Position numbers and translations under genes: made by a program. A stretch of 64,000 nt of DNA from Heterodontus francisci (Eukaryota): NCBI RefSeq assembly GCF_036365525.1, contig NC_090402.1:32605412-32669411 (forward strand). The letters run 5' to 3'. The notes below the pieces were generated by a model that saw only the letters and a program-made list of their open reading frames with translations, was not told where the DNA came from and did no database searches. Positions 1-12,294 of this stretch are shown one piece after another. The first letter of the stretch is position 1, and every line of letters starts with the position of its first letter.

Positions 1-480
1 AGTCCTGGTCATCCTGCAACCATGTCTCAGTGATAGCTATCAAATCATATTTACTTATTTCTACCTGTGCCGTCAGCTCATCTATCTTGTTACAAATGCT
101 ACATGCATTCAGATAAAGAGCCTTAAGCTTTGACTTTTTACCATTTTTACCTACTCTAATTTCTGCTGTACTCTTGTGCTTGTATTCTCTGTCCCTTCCT
201 GTCACTCTCTGATTAATGTATGTTCCTTCACTACCCAGCACTTCTGCTCTCTCGTTACTTTTCGACTTTTTAAACTTCCCTTCAATTGAACCCACCCCCC
301 CACTATTTAGTTTAAAGCCTTATCTACAACCCTAGTTATACAATTTGCCAGGACACTGGTCTCAGCATGGTTCAAGTGAAGCCCATCCCAACCGAACAGC
401 TCTCTCTTTCCCCAGTACTGGTGCCAGTGTCCCATGAATCGGAACCCATTTCTCCCACACCAATCTTTGAGCCACAGAGT
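1..480 (-). mobile_element. CR1 LINE fragment (end of ORF1 esterase, start of ORF2 endonuclease), runs off window
   Basis: ORF 307-492(-) WLKDWCGRNGFRFMGHW..DGLHLN is the CR1 ORF1 SGNH-esterase C-terminus; 1-120(-) reads LYLNACSICNKIDEL..IAITETWLQ (APE start). Confidence 0.85.
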
Positions 481-1257
481 GTGATGTTTCATTGATTAAT
501 ATGCCTGCCTGTGCACAACCCACGTGATTGGATGGTGGGCAATAGTGAAGGATGCCATCTTTCCTGGTAAAGCATTTGACAGGCAGGGATTTTTAGATAA
601 CTGATTTTTTTTAATGTTTCTGCATTGGGAACACATTGGGGGAACAATTCCCTGAAAACCCATTGCAGTCAATGTTTGAAAGATGCATTTGTTTGGGAGC
701 TGCACATCGTACCCCAGGTAGCGGCAGGTTGCCCACCCCTGGCCGAGGCGTTAAGCTCTGCAATTCCCACACTAAACCTCTCCCCCTTTCTACCCCTCTC
801 CGCTACTTTAAGATGTTCTTTAAAACTTATCAATTTCCACCTGTCCTAATAGCTCTTTGTGGTTCAGTGGTAAATTTTGTTTGAAAACGCTCTTGTGAGA
901 CGCCTATATGTAAAGATTCTGATCTGATTTTGTTTCCTCAGTGAGCCTTTTTCCTCCTCCTTCGTAAGTTAACACTCAGAAGCACGTACTTCCCTTTTAA
1001 AACTGCTGAAACATAATGATTCACAACTTTATTCCCAACACTTCTCTTTTCTTATAATTGATTGTGCTGGTGAGACACAAGGTAAGTCCAAGTTGAGCTT
1101 AAACTGGTTAGAAATTATATATGTATATTTTTCCACCAAATTGCTCAAATGATCATTTGTGTTATTTATTAAAATAAAATGAAGTCCTGTGATTGTTAAG
1201 TAGTTCAATATTATGGCTACTGCATTAGATATAAAAAGGTACATAGAGATTGAAGAT

Positions 1258-3090
1258 TCTTTTATTTGTTCATGGGATGTGGGTGTCGCTGGCTAGGCCA
1301 GCATTTATTGCCCATCCCTAAGTGCCCTTGAGAACGTGATGGTGAGCTGCCTTCTTGAACCGTTGGAGTCCATGTGGTATCGGTGGACCCACAGTGCTGT
1401 TAGGGAGGGAGTTCCAGGATTTTGACCTAGTGACAATGAAAGAACAGCGATATATTTCTAAGTCAGCATGATGTGTGACTTGGAGGGGAACTTGCAGGTG
1501 ATGGAGTTCTCTTGTACCTGGTGCCTGTTGTTGTTCTAGGTGTTAGAGGTCATGGGTTTGGAAGGTACTGTTGAAGTATCCTTGGCGAGTTGCTGCAGTG
1601 CATCTTGTGGATAGTACACACTGCTGCCACTGTGCACCAGTGGTGGAAGGAGTCAATGTTTAAAATGATAGAGGGGGTCCCAGTCAAGCGGGCAGCTTTC
1701 TCGTGGATGATATCAAGCTTCTTTAGCTCTTTAGCAACACTCTTTAGCAATTTTCCCTTTCAAGTTTAGTTGTTGTGCACAGTCAGCTTTTTACAATGCA
1801 CGGTCCCCTTAAATTTTTTTGCATGCCCTTATTTAGCACAGAACAAAACCTGCGAGGTACATTTTAGCTGCTGCACGGCCAAACACCTTCGCAACTTAGC
1901 AGGAATTTGGTCCTGATTTGAGCCTTGTATATAGTGGACAGACTTTAGGTAGTCAGGAGGTGAGTTACTCGCCACAGGATTCCCAGCCTCTGACCTGGCC
2001 TTGTAGCCACAGTATTTATGTAGCTGGTCCAGTTCAGTTTCTGGTCAATGGTGACCCCCCAGGATGTTGATGGTGGGAAATTCAGCAATGGTGATGCCAT
2101 TGAATATCAAGGGGAGATGGTTAAACTCTCTCTTGTTTTGGTATGATCATTGCCTGGCACTTGTGTGGCACAATTGCTACTTGCCACTTATCAACCCAAG
2201 CCTGAATGTTGTCCAGGTCTTGTTGCATGCGTACATGGACTGTTTCATTATCTGAGGAGTTGCAAATGGAACTGAACGCTGTGCAATCATCAGTGAACAT
2301 CCCCACTTCTGACCTTATGACGGAGGGAATGTCAGTGATGAAGCAGCTCTGGAGGATTAGGCCTACGCCACTGTCCTGAGGAACTCCAGCAGTGATGTCC
2401 TGGGGTTGAGATGAATGGCCTCCAACAACCACAACCATCTTCCTTTGCGTTAGGTATGACTCCATCCAGTTCAAAGTTTTTCCCTGATTCCCGTTGGTTT
2501 CAATTTTATTAGGACTCCTTGATGCCACACTAGGTCAAGTGCAGCCTTGATGTCATGGGCAGTCACTTTCACCTCAATTCTGGAATTCAGTTCTTTGTCC
2601 ATGTTTGGACCAAGGTTGTAATGAGGTCTGGAACTGAGTGGGCCTGGCGCAACTCAAACTGAGCGTCGGCGAGCAGGTTATTGCTGAGTAAGTGTCGCTT
2701 GATAGCACTGTCGACGACACCTTCTATCACTTCGCTGATGATTGAGAGTAGACTTATGGAGCAGTAATTGGTTGGATTGGATTTGTCCAGTTTCTTGTGG
2801 GCAGGACACACCTGGGCAACTTTACACTTTGTCTGGTAGGTGTCAGTGTTCCAGTTGTATTGGAACAGCTTGGGTAGAGTGTGGCTCGTTCTAGAGCAAA
2901 AGTCTTCAACACTACAGCTGGGACGCTAGCAGGGCCTGTCAGCTTTGCTGTATCTAGTATGCTCAGCCATTTCGAAATATCTCATGAAGTGAATCGAATT
3001 GGCTGAAGACTCGCATCTGTGATGGTGCAGACTGCAGGAGGAGGCCGAGATGGATCATCCACTTGGCACTTCTGGCTGAAGATGGTTCCA
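1258..3090 (-). mobile_element. Degraded LINE of CR1/L2 superclade ('family B'), RT and 3' end
   Basis: ORFs 2587-2811 (NYCSISLLSIIS), 2121-2528 (GVPQD..MFTDD), 1550-1750; same 3' tail as the element at 54475-57663. Confidence 0.85.
1748..1910. mobile_element. Short insertion inside family B LINE, possibly a hAT-type MITE relic
   Basis: Interrupts LINE homology; degenerate ends caattttccc...gcaggaatttgg. Confidence 0.3.
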
Positions 3091-3504
3091 TGCCAGCTTG
3101 AAGGGGCTCCCTGGTACTTCAAAAGAAAACATGCTACTGGGGACAGTACTTAACCTGAAAAAGATGAAGCACAGAGGAAGTGCATAGAGGAGAGCAAACA
3201 AATATGCAGAAGGAGGCAATCAGAATAAAATGATAATTGTATCAATTAGGGGGTTATGTTTAAAACTGCACCTTTAAATAGCTTCAGTATGAGTCTCATA
3301 AACTACAATGAATTTGTGATGGGAATTCAGGTCTCAGGGTACTTCTGAAGGTGACATTCTTCTTCCAAATGCAATAAATGACAGTAGTTGCAGACACAAT
3401 CATAATAAAACACAAACTGGTTTGTTGTCAGCAAGAACTGTACAGTGATGGTGAAAACATGAGACCAGTTAAACACGTTAATCAGGAACTAAGCTGTAAA
3501 TGAC

Positions 3505-3720
3505 AGCTCCCTTAATGGTCTAGTGAGTAAGAGATTGTATGTAAACTTGAGGTCCAAGGTTCAACTCCCAGCCTGTGGTGAATTAATAAAAATAGTACCA
3601 GTTGAGAGTGCTACAGTTCCCCTGAACATCTCTATGCTAGCAATGCATGACTAAACATTTATTCACCAGATGTGCTAAAGTCTGCATCCTTTGGATCTGA
3701 AAGAGTGAAAGCGGGGGCCA
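3505..3720 (+). mobile_element. Ancient tRNA-derived SINE relic (LF-SINE-like)
   Basis: A/B-box-like tggtctagtgag ... ggttcaactccc followed by gcctgtggtgaatta and gctacagtt, resembling the LF-SINE body. Confidence 0.4.
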
Positions 3721-4848
3721 TACTAGGGAGTTTACTGGAATGAGAGAGAGTAAAGGTTTTGTTAAGGATAAATCAGGATAAAATGAACCATTCTTAAATT
3801 GGATGCTTAGAATAAATTGTAGATAGGCCAGCCTTCATAAACAATAAAATTATATTTGGAAATAGAATAAAATATCACAATTGACCTATGGCCAGCAAAG
3901 TATTTAATCAGTAATTGGACACCATTCCCCTTCCCCTCACTGATGGTAGCAGATTTACCAATGGTGTTGCGATTGGTAAATCCAGAATGGCCCAGAACGT
4001 TCATATTTTTCCTTGGAGCCAGTTTGACTTTATTATAATGTGCAATAAGCACGGTTTCTTTAGCTGCCACCTAGGATGGTAATTATGCATATTTACAGAA
4101 TCATTTTCCCTTCGTACTTCTTTAAGCATTTGTTATTAAGTAGGCCTGTAACATATAGAGCATCTGTCTAAAATGCAGTTGATTACAACTGTACTTTCAA
4201 ACTCTCAGTTCTCCAGTTTTTGGGTCTCCGCTCACTGTGATTCTGCAGCCATCTGCTCAACCACTCCTTCATCTCCACTTTTTTCCTCAATGGTTCATTT
4301 TAAGCTGTTTCCAGCTGGACTGGTACATTTTGGACCTGAGGTGAAAGAAATGATCAAGATTCCCCCCTTTCCTTGATGGTTCTGGGTGAATCTAGTGAGC
4401 CACATAAACCAGTATGGTTAGGATAGATCATTTTCTTTATTAATTAAGCTTATTTCATGGTGGCTCTATAATTAATCATTTAAGTTATTAGAAATCTGAA
4501 CAGGTGGATATTAGGTGAGAGCAAAAACCACTTAATCTATTACACCTTTGTCGTTAATCAGGAACTAAAAAGTCACTAGGTGTGACTTTTCCAATGCTAT
4601 TCTAGCAGCTTTTTGAAGTACAAAGATAAAGAAACCAACTTCTGTTTGTACTAAATATACTTTAGATGCATAGCCCTGGCAGAAGTGAGCAGTACAACGG
4701 AATTTTTATCAACACAACCTGGATTTCTTGGCAGTCACTGGTAGCACATGACCCAATATAACATTTAGCAATTACTATGCCTGGTCATGGAAGCCACAGA
4801 TTGGAATCCACTGCCTCAGGAAACATAAAGGTTTGTACATTTGAGCAT

Positions 4849-5881
4849 TGCTGAAAAAAGAGACATGCAGTTGAAGCTTCTCGTCTTTCACTCCTCAGGA
4901 CAGACTCAAGAATGGCAAATTTCAAAGGGAGCAACAATTTATACTACATGAGGAAAGGATGCTGATTGTTTGGCAAGTCGACTCTAATTGGTCAAGGCAT
5001 TGCCATGGAGAATGAACCAGGGAACTATTGTCCTCTGTTTTGTTTAATTCAAAAAAGGTGCAGTGCCTGGACATGTTTCTTTTGCCTGCCGAGGACATAG
5101 ATGCATATATGTAGCTTCTAGCAAACATGTGAGCCACATTGCGAGCCTGACTGATAATCTTAAATTTGTTGTTAGTGTAATTCTTAGCACACCCGGGATT
5201 GTTCAGCAAGTGCTGTTCAATCGCGGAATCACATCTAACATTAGATATTGTGTTCTAAGTTTTGTAAGTATGGGCTGATTGAGTACGGTCAATACTCTGC
5301 CTTTTGAGAACAGCCAAAGGGACGTGCTGTTTGATACGATCCACCAGTCATTGGGATGTATGGCCTATGTATCTGGCATCGTACCGGCACTGGAATTCAT
5401 ATACCACATTACTCATTTGTATGGTAGGCAGAACATTCATTTGGCTTGACGGCAGCATCCTGTTCATGGAAAATACCACTTGTGTTGCTACTGCGTGGTA
5501 GCAGTGTGAAATGGCTAGCATCACCTGTGCTACGAATTACACTAACAACCAATTTAAGATTAACTGTCAGGCTTGCAATGTGACTCACTTACTCTTGCTA
5601 GAAGCTACATATATTCATAAGCAGGGACCTGTCCTCAGCAGGCAAAAGCAACATGTCCAGGCATTGTGCCTATTTTGAATTAAACGAAGCATGGGGGACA
5701 ATAGTTCCCTGGTGCATTGTCCGTGGCAATGCCTCGACCAATCAGAGTTGACTTGCCAACCAATCAGCACCCTTTACTCATGCAGTATAAATTGTTGCTC
5801 CCTTTGAAAATGGTCATGCTTGCATCTCTACTAATGAGTGCAAGATGTAAATCTTCAACAGCATGTCTCTTTTTTCAGCAG
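4849..5881 (-). mobile_element. Penelope-like element: GIY-YIG 3' fragment plus inverted copy of its 3' end
   Basis: Minus strand ~5330-5520 reads MSNVVYEFQCRYDARYIGHTSQ*LVDRIKQH (GIY-YIG); 4849-5190 and ~5525-5881 are inverted copies ending tgctgaaaaaagagacatgc / gcatgtctcttttttcagca. Confidence 0.8.
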
Positions 5882-6971
5882 TACTCAAGTTCTGTACTAT
5901 CAAGTGACTGTACATTTGTTCATTTGGCGATTTTCCCTGCATATGACATTTGTAACCAATCAGGGTGTTTGGTCACACTGATGTCACATGTATGAACATA
6001 AAGCTGATTTCCCTGGGCAGGTGCAATGACAACGTAGGGTACTGGAAGACCACTGTGCCTAGAATTTGAATTTCCTGTTACCCTGCATTTTTATGCGTTT
6101 AGGTGCACATAGAAGTGTATTATTGGATACGAGATCAATGAGGAGAGGAAGTTCAAGAGCAATTTGGTTCTTAAAGGCAGCAGCATTAAAGGGACTGGCA
6201 CAATAAATGACCCATGCCAGTACTACATTGAGACAGTCCATTTATACTGTTTATTGAAACTCGCCTAGGTATGCTTTTCTCATTATTTCATACAACTTTG
6301 GTTTTGTAATAGCAGTGTGACTTTTTTGTAATAGTCTGGCCAACTGGCAATTATTACTTTGCAAATGTGAGTATTTGATTCAATACATCACAATTAAAGA
6401 AACACATTGAAGCTTAAGTCAGCTAACTATTGTCATGTGCCTTTGTTAAGGAAGGGGGATTTTCTTGTATTAACTTGGACATCTTTCTCATGTTGTGGAA
6501 CTTTTTGCAATTTTCCCCAATGATCCGATAGTGACGGGGTGAACTTCGGGTCTACCAATAGGTGCATTGGGTCCTCATGGACGGTCCCCAGGTCATAAAG
6601 TGTAGCATATATTTCCCCATACATGGTCTATGAGGGCATTCAGGCATCAGTCAATAAGCCTTACTTTAAAGGTGTTCTCTTCAGAGCCTGTGCACTCCAC
6701 TGCTGGTTGAATGAATAATTCACCATGTATAATAACTAAATGACAATTTCTATGATCAACAAATGTGAACACAGCCTTATTATTACAGGTGGGTTCTTCA
6801 AGGCCTGTTCCCTTCTAACAGATTCACAAATCATGCAGTCTACCTTGGCAAAATGGCACACAGGAACCATTTTTAAACTGGTCTGTCAAATTCCACAGGA
6901 ACTGTCCATTTCCTAAAATAGAAAACTGTACATCTTTGTATTAAATTGTATTTTTGCTGAAAATAATATTT

Positions 6972-6985
6972 TGATTTTCTCCCAG
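6972..6985 (+). promoter_or_regulatory. 3' splice acceptor preceding GPCR 1 coding exon
   Basis: ttttctcccag| at 6985, 15 nt before ATG 7001. Confidence 0.65.
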
Positions 6986-7000
6986 ATTCAAGTGCTGAAG

Positions 7001-7981
7001 ATGGACAACAAATCCTTCACGACTTCCTACTGGGAAGTGAGCTCCAATGATTCGACAGGGAGCCCTTCCTGTAAACCTGAGGAGCTTGGTGCTTTCATTC
7101 CGATTTTTCTAAGTTTGGTCTTTTCAATAGGTTTCATGTTAAACAGCATCAGCCTGTGGATCTTTTGGTTTTGCATTAAGCGATGGAGTGCTGGAATGGT
7201 TCTGCAGTTCAATCTAGCTTTGGCAGACGCCATTATAACTCCTGCTGCACCATTTATGATCATCTACTTCTCACTGTCACACTGGCCCTTTGGACAATTT
7301 CTCTGTCAGCTGAAGGTCTTCTTATTAAGCACCAACATGTACGGCAGTATCTACTTTCTCACCCTAATTAGCATACACCGGTACATCGCTGTGGTGCACT
7401 GCACAAAGAAAACTATTTTTAAGGAGGAGAAGTTTGTAAAGCTAGTTTGTGTGGGAGTCTGGGTTCTTCTATTTGCCCAAGGATTTCCATTCTTTTTTGT
7501 CCTCAAAACCACTGAGATGAACAATTCCACCCACTGTTTGAGCATACATCAGGATGAGCTGGTCGTCTTGTACTTTGTGTGGAACACTGCTATTTTATTC
7601 ACTGGGTACATCATTCCATTTTGTGCCTCCATCGTTTGTTATAGTTTACTTGCCAGCTTCATTGTAAAATTGAACATCAATCAACTTAAGAGTAAATATA
7701 TGAAGAGGAAGTCCATGCAAATGATTTTAGTGTCCCTAGTGATTTTTATAATCTGCTTCCTACCTGTACACGTGTCCCGAACATTGGGAGTTACACTTAA
7801 GCTCTTTCATCCTGATCAGTGCCAATCATTGAATATCGTCGAACTTGTTTATTACAAGTGTTTGGCGCTGTCGAGCTCAAATTGTTGCCTGGACCCTTTA
7901 TTATATTTCTTTGCTTCTAAAAAATTTCAGGGGTCACTCAGCAATGTTGTGAGTTCTTTAAGATGCTGTAACAGGAGGTGA
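7001..7981 (+). CDS. Class A GPCR, P2Y purinoceptor-like (delta group), 326 aa, uninterrupted coding exon
   Basis: Seven hydrophobic segments; GFMLN (TM1), NLALAD (TM2), WPFG..C (ECL1), MYGSIYFL..HRY (TM3), CFLPVHVSR (TM6), NCCLDPLLY (TM7); N-glycosylation sequons; N-terminal and ECL3 cysteines. Start set at ATG 7001 (ORF-track start 6971 is an intronic TTG). Confidence 0.93.
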   Translation: MDNKSFTTSYWEVSSNDSTGSPSCKPEELGAFIPIFLSLVFSIGFMLNSISLWIFWFCIKRWSAGMVLQFNLALADAIITPAAPFMIIYFSLSHWPFGQFLCQLKVFLLSTNMYGSIYFLTLISIHRYIAVVHCTKKTIFKEEKFVKLVCVGVWVLLFAQGFPFFFVLKTTEMNNSTHCLSIHQDELVVLYFVWNTAILFTGYIIPFCASIVCYSLLASFIVKLNINQLKSKYMKRKSMQMILVSLVIFIICFLPVHVSRTLGVTLKLFHPDQCQSLNIVELVYYKCLALSSSNCCLDPLLYFFASKKFQGSLSNVVSSLRCCNRR

Positions 7982-8002
7982 AAATGAATATTTTCTAAGG
8001 CC

Positions 8003-9560
8003 GCCTGGACTAATGGTCCAGAAACACGAGTTCAAATTCCACCATGGAGCTTTCAAAGTTAAATTCAATTAATGAAATGAGTCTGGAATTAAAAAGCTGC
8101 TATCAGTAACAGTGATGGTAAAACTACAGATTGTCATTAAAACCCATTTGGTTCACTAATGTCCTTCACAACAACAAAAACTTTTATTTATATAATGCCT
8201 TTAGCACAATAAAATGTTCCAAGACCTTTTATCGGAGCATGATAAAAAAAGATAGGACACCAAGCCACATGAGGAGATATTGGTTACTGGTCAAACAGGC
8301 AGGTTTTAAGGAGTGTCTTACAGGAGGAAAGCAACGTAGTGAGGTGGAGAGGTTTAGGGAGGGAATTCCAGAGCTTAGGGTCCAAGTAGCTGAAGGCATG
8401 GCCACCAGTGATGGAGCAATTAAAATTGGGAACATTCAGGAAGTGAGAATTAGAGGAGCACAGATATCTGGAAAGGTTGTGGGGCTGGAGGAGATTACAG
8501 CAATAGGGAGGGGTGACACCATAGAGGGATTTGAAAAAAAAAATGAGAATTTTAAAATCAAGGCATTGCTTAACCTGGAGCCAGTGTAGATCAGCAAGTA
8601 AAAGTTTGATGGGTGAACTGGACTTGGTGTGAATTAGGACAGGGGCAGCAGAATTTTGAATGACCTCAAGTTTACAGAGGTTAGAATGTGGTCGTCCAGC
8701 CAGAAGTGCAATGGAATAGTCAAGTCTAGAGGTAACAAAGACATGAATGAGGGTTTCAGCAGCAGATGAGTTGAGCCAGGGGTGGAGCCGGGTGATGTTA
8801 CAGTGGTGGAAATAGGCAGTCTTAGTGATGCCGCAGATATGTGGTTGGCAGCTCAGCTCAGGGTCACATATGACACCGAGGTTGTGAACAGTCTGGTTCA
8901 GCCTTAGATAGTTGCCAGGGAGAGGGATGGAGCCAATGACGAGGGAGTGGAGTTTGTGATGAGGACTGAAGACAATGGCTTCGACCTTCCCAAGATTTAA
9001 TTGGAGGAAATTTCTGGTCATCCAGTACTGGATGTCAGTCAAGCAGTCTAATAATTCAGAGACAGTGGAAGAGTTCAGAGAGCTGGTGGTGGGGTAGAGC
9101 TGAGTGTCGTCAGTGTACATATGGAAGCTGATGTGTCTTTGGATGTGTCACTGAGGGGTAGCATGTAGATGTGAAATAGGTGGAGGCCATGAATTGATCC
9201 TTGGGGGACACTAGAGGTAACTGTGCAACAGCAGGAATAGGAACCATTACAGTTGATTTTTTTTTTACAATGATTAGATAGATAAGAATGGAACCAAGCG
9301 AGAGCAGATGACAGTGGAGAAGTATTGGAGGAGAATGGTGCAGTCAACTGTGTCAAAGCTGCAGACAGGTTGAGAAGGACGTGCTCTGGCCTATATGTAT
9401 CTCCAGCCTGTAACAATGTGGTTAATTTTTAATGGCCCACTGAAATGGCCTAGCCAGACTCTCAGTTGTATTCAAGGAAACACCCCCGCCTTCTCAAGAG
9501 CAATAGGCATGGGCAATAAATGCTAGCCTTGCCAGCAATGCCCACATTCCCAAAAATGAA
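8003..9560 (+). mobile_element. tRNA-headed SINE (family B head+tail), split by an L2 insertion into 8003-8167 and 9384-9560
   Basis: B-box gagttcaaattcc; body ggttcactaatgtcctt resumes as tctggcctatatgt...ctcagttg; tail gggcaataaatgctagccttgccagcaatgcccacattccc. Confidence 0.75.
8168..9383 (-). mobile_element. L2 LINE 3' fragment
   Basis: ORF 8284-9120(-) YTDDTQLY..NFLQLN..SRLDY..LHWL..PKLWNSLP..LKTCLF is typical L2 RT C-terminus; (TTG)n-type tail at 8168. Confidence 0.9.
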
Positions 9561-9602
9561 TATTAAAAACAAACATATATCTTCAACCACTTGTTTTGGA
9601 TG

Positions 9603-10456
9603 TTCTGATGAAAAGTCATCGATCTGAAACAATTGCCAGGATTTTGCCATTGCGATTATAGTGAAACCAATGGTGTCGCCATCACTACAGCTGTGAAATT
9701 AGCAGTGGCTTCTGGCATCCACACTTGTGCAGTTAAACATGGAAATCCAGAAGTTCCTGTCAATAATTCACTACTCTTCCAGTGTTCGCTGTTGAAGTCC
9801 CTGCAGATGGAAATCTTTTGAAACAGCTTGAACTTTCACTTTTATGCTATTTGTCTCGCTGTATAAACCCCTGAGAAAGTTACTCCTTGTTGAATGAAAT
9901 GTAATTGGATTTTTAACAACATACTAAGTTCATAAATACTGCTGAATAACCTTTCTGGTCCTGAAAAACTAATTTTATACTTGTGGAATAGTTCCATAGG
10001 CTTTTAAAATCATTATTTTTAAAAAGTTTTTTTTATGATAATTCAGCTTCTACCTTAGTCACATGTGTATTTCCCAATCATTTATTTGCTCTCTGTAAAA
10101 TGATTAAAAAGTGAAGGATAATCAGTGCATTTCGTTTCCTAGTTTGTTATCTGAGAATTCATCAATGTGATTGGCTGCTTAACCTGCTTGATGACGTTAT
10201 GGTTGCTGGACACCCATTGTTGGGCGCAGAATCAAATTAAAGTCAGGAAAGGTGAAATCCACGTCACAGAGATTGCGAAATCTTTGTGGGCACCTTTCTT
10301 CGAGGTCAATGGCGAGCGTCATCACATTGCCGCTGACCGCAAAATACAGACCATTAACTCTCGTTCTTTGTCTACAGATGCTGCCTGCCCTGCTGACTAT
10401 TTCTAGCATTTTCTGTTTTTATTTCAGATTTCCAGCATTTGCTATATTTTGCTTTT
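9603..10456 (+). mobile_element. Penelope 3'-tail module (9603-9630 and 10352-10456) interrupted by a ~720-bp element with degenerate TIRs
   Basis: ctgatgaaaagtcatcgatctgaaac resumes as attaactct..acagatgctgcc..ttcagatttccagcat; insert ends ccaggattttgc / gcaaaatacagacc. Confidence 0.65.
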
Positions 10457-10634
10457 GTACTTGTTTTTCTAATTGTCCTTAGATTAAATAAAACACAATC
10501 AAGTATTTTGTATGATTAAAATTTAGCAATAATGAGAATTTATGCAGATTATCCTACTTTTATAATCACTAAATTTTAAGTTGAGGACAATTCAAAATCT
10601 GTAGAGGATATTGAGTTTAGTAGTGTTTCTCTTG

Positions 10635-11420
10635 GCATTTCTTCGCAGAAGAAAATTTTGTGAAGGTTGTAGTCATCGGTTGCAGGCCCGCTGATGGCTA
10701 GTCAGGCCTATCCGTGACCGGCAGATTCTCCCACAGCAGGTACAAGTGAAGGTGTAGTTGCTGCTGGGGGCAATTGGATCTATTCTTCTTCTCCTTTTCT
10801 CTTTCATGCTGGTTTTTCGATTTGTCTCAAAGGTGTCTGTCACACAACATGATGTAGCATCTCCAGGCATCACAATCTATGGCCTGCACTTCCCACTGGT
10901 GATGGTCGATGTGGCACACAGAGAGGGATTTCTTCAGGGAGTCCTTGAATGCGTGGATCCCTCTGTTCCTTATACCTGTGGTCAGCTCTCCATACAACAT
11001 GATCTAGGGCAGGCGAATGTCATCCATCCGGGCAACGTGACCCACCCAACGCAGTTAGCTTTGCAGGAGCATGGCCATGATGCTGGTGATGTTGGCTGTT
11101 TCTAGGACTTCAATGTTTGAGATGCAGTCCTGCCAGTGGATCTTGAGGATGCTGTGGAGGCAGCGCTGATGGAAGCCGCTCTAGAAGGCGTACATGACGG
11201 TGGTATAGGACCCACGACTCAGCGCCATACAGAAGGGTGGTGAGGACTATGGCTTTGTACACTTTGAGTTTGGTCTGTGCTCTGAGGCTGTGGTTGCTCC
11301 ACACTCGTTTATAGAGTCCACCGAATGTACTGTTTGCTTTTGAAAGCCTATTGTCCACTTCCTTGTCTATGGTGGCATCAAACAAGATGACGCTCCCCAA
11401 TAGGTAAATTGCTTGATGGC
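10635..11420 (-). mobile_element. RTE-clade LINE 3' fragment
   Basis: ORF 11110-11400 (DKEVDNRLSKANSTFG..TKLKVYKAIVLTTLLYGAESW) and C-terminal CTCCGRICRSRIGLTSHQRAC. Confidence 0.9.
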
Positions 11421-11656
11421 ATTCAGCTCAGTTCCCTCAATGCCAATGCTTGTTTAGTGCCGTGCCAACTGCATTTTCCCTTAAACCAGCAGGTTAGTGC
11501 CTTGTTTGAAAAATGCAGTGATGAAAAGGAGAAAGCACAGTGGAAGGAAGAAGTAGAGTTTTTAAAGTCATCAATAACATAGATGACAGCGAATAAAAAC
11601 AGAAGTTTCTGGAAATGCACAGCAGGTTCATCATATAAAATTCAGTTGGAAACTCT

Positions 11657-12294
11657 CGGGGCTGAATTTTATTCATTGAGGTGGGATACAGGAGCTGGGA
11701 TTGTTTTCAGGTCCGGGACCCACCTATGGTGGGAAACTGATTAAAATCAAGATTATCATGTGGCTGTATCTTTAATTGCCATGGAGACAGGTTTCCTGTC
11801 CAATTAAGGGTGGTGGGTGGGCTCTTGGAGCTGGAGGGCCAATCAGAGGCCTTCCTGCTTCAGAGAAGCACCTGGCTGCAGTACAAGGTAAGTAACTGGG
11901 AGGGCACTTCAATAAGAAGGTTCCCTCTCAGCCACTTTTTAAAACTTCAATAAAAAAATATAAAAAGCGGCCAAGTCATCTCTGTGGGTGGGGGGTGGGT
12001 GCATTGGGAACCCATCTACAGGGTGGCCTTTGGCTTTACCCCTACCCAGGCAGGCATGAGGGTTTGTAGGCCTGCCAGGAAGATCCCAGTTGGCCTCCAT
12101 TCCTTACCTTTAACAAGGCTCTTAACGAGCCTAATTGCCTGCCTGCCTCGTGGGGGCGGGGAGCCTTCCAGAGCCTGAACCCATGTTGGCCAAAATGGCT
12201 GACATTGGGAAACAAGCACACTGGCTGGCCCAGTAAATTTCGGGCCACGTCCACCTCTGTTCCCAACATCAGCAGGGCCTGCAAAGTCAGCCCT
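11657..12294. mobile_element. Non-autonomous DNA-transposon-like element with short TIRs (possibly PIF/Harbinger-related)
   Basis: Ends gggctgaatttt ... aaagtcagccc; GC-rich interior with ccaattaagg motifs shared with the 34011-34619 element. Confidence 0.5.

Noticed and set aside
6971-7000. ORF-track start of GPCR 1 at 6971
   Set aside because: TTG start lies in a polypyrimidine acceptor; first ATG is 7001
7027-7545. Antisense and alternate-frame ORFs over the GPCRs (also 36089-36427)
   Set aside because: Shadow ORFs; their similarity follows from sense-strand paralogy
7001-7981. Assigning a symbol such as P2RY1, P2RY2 or OXGR1
   Set aside because: Diagnostic ligand residues differ; orthology cannot be established without phylogeny
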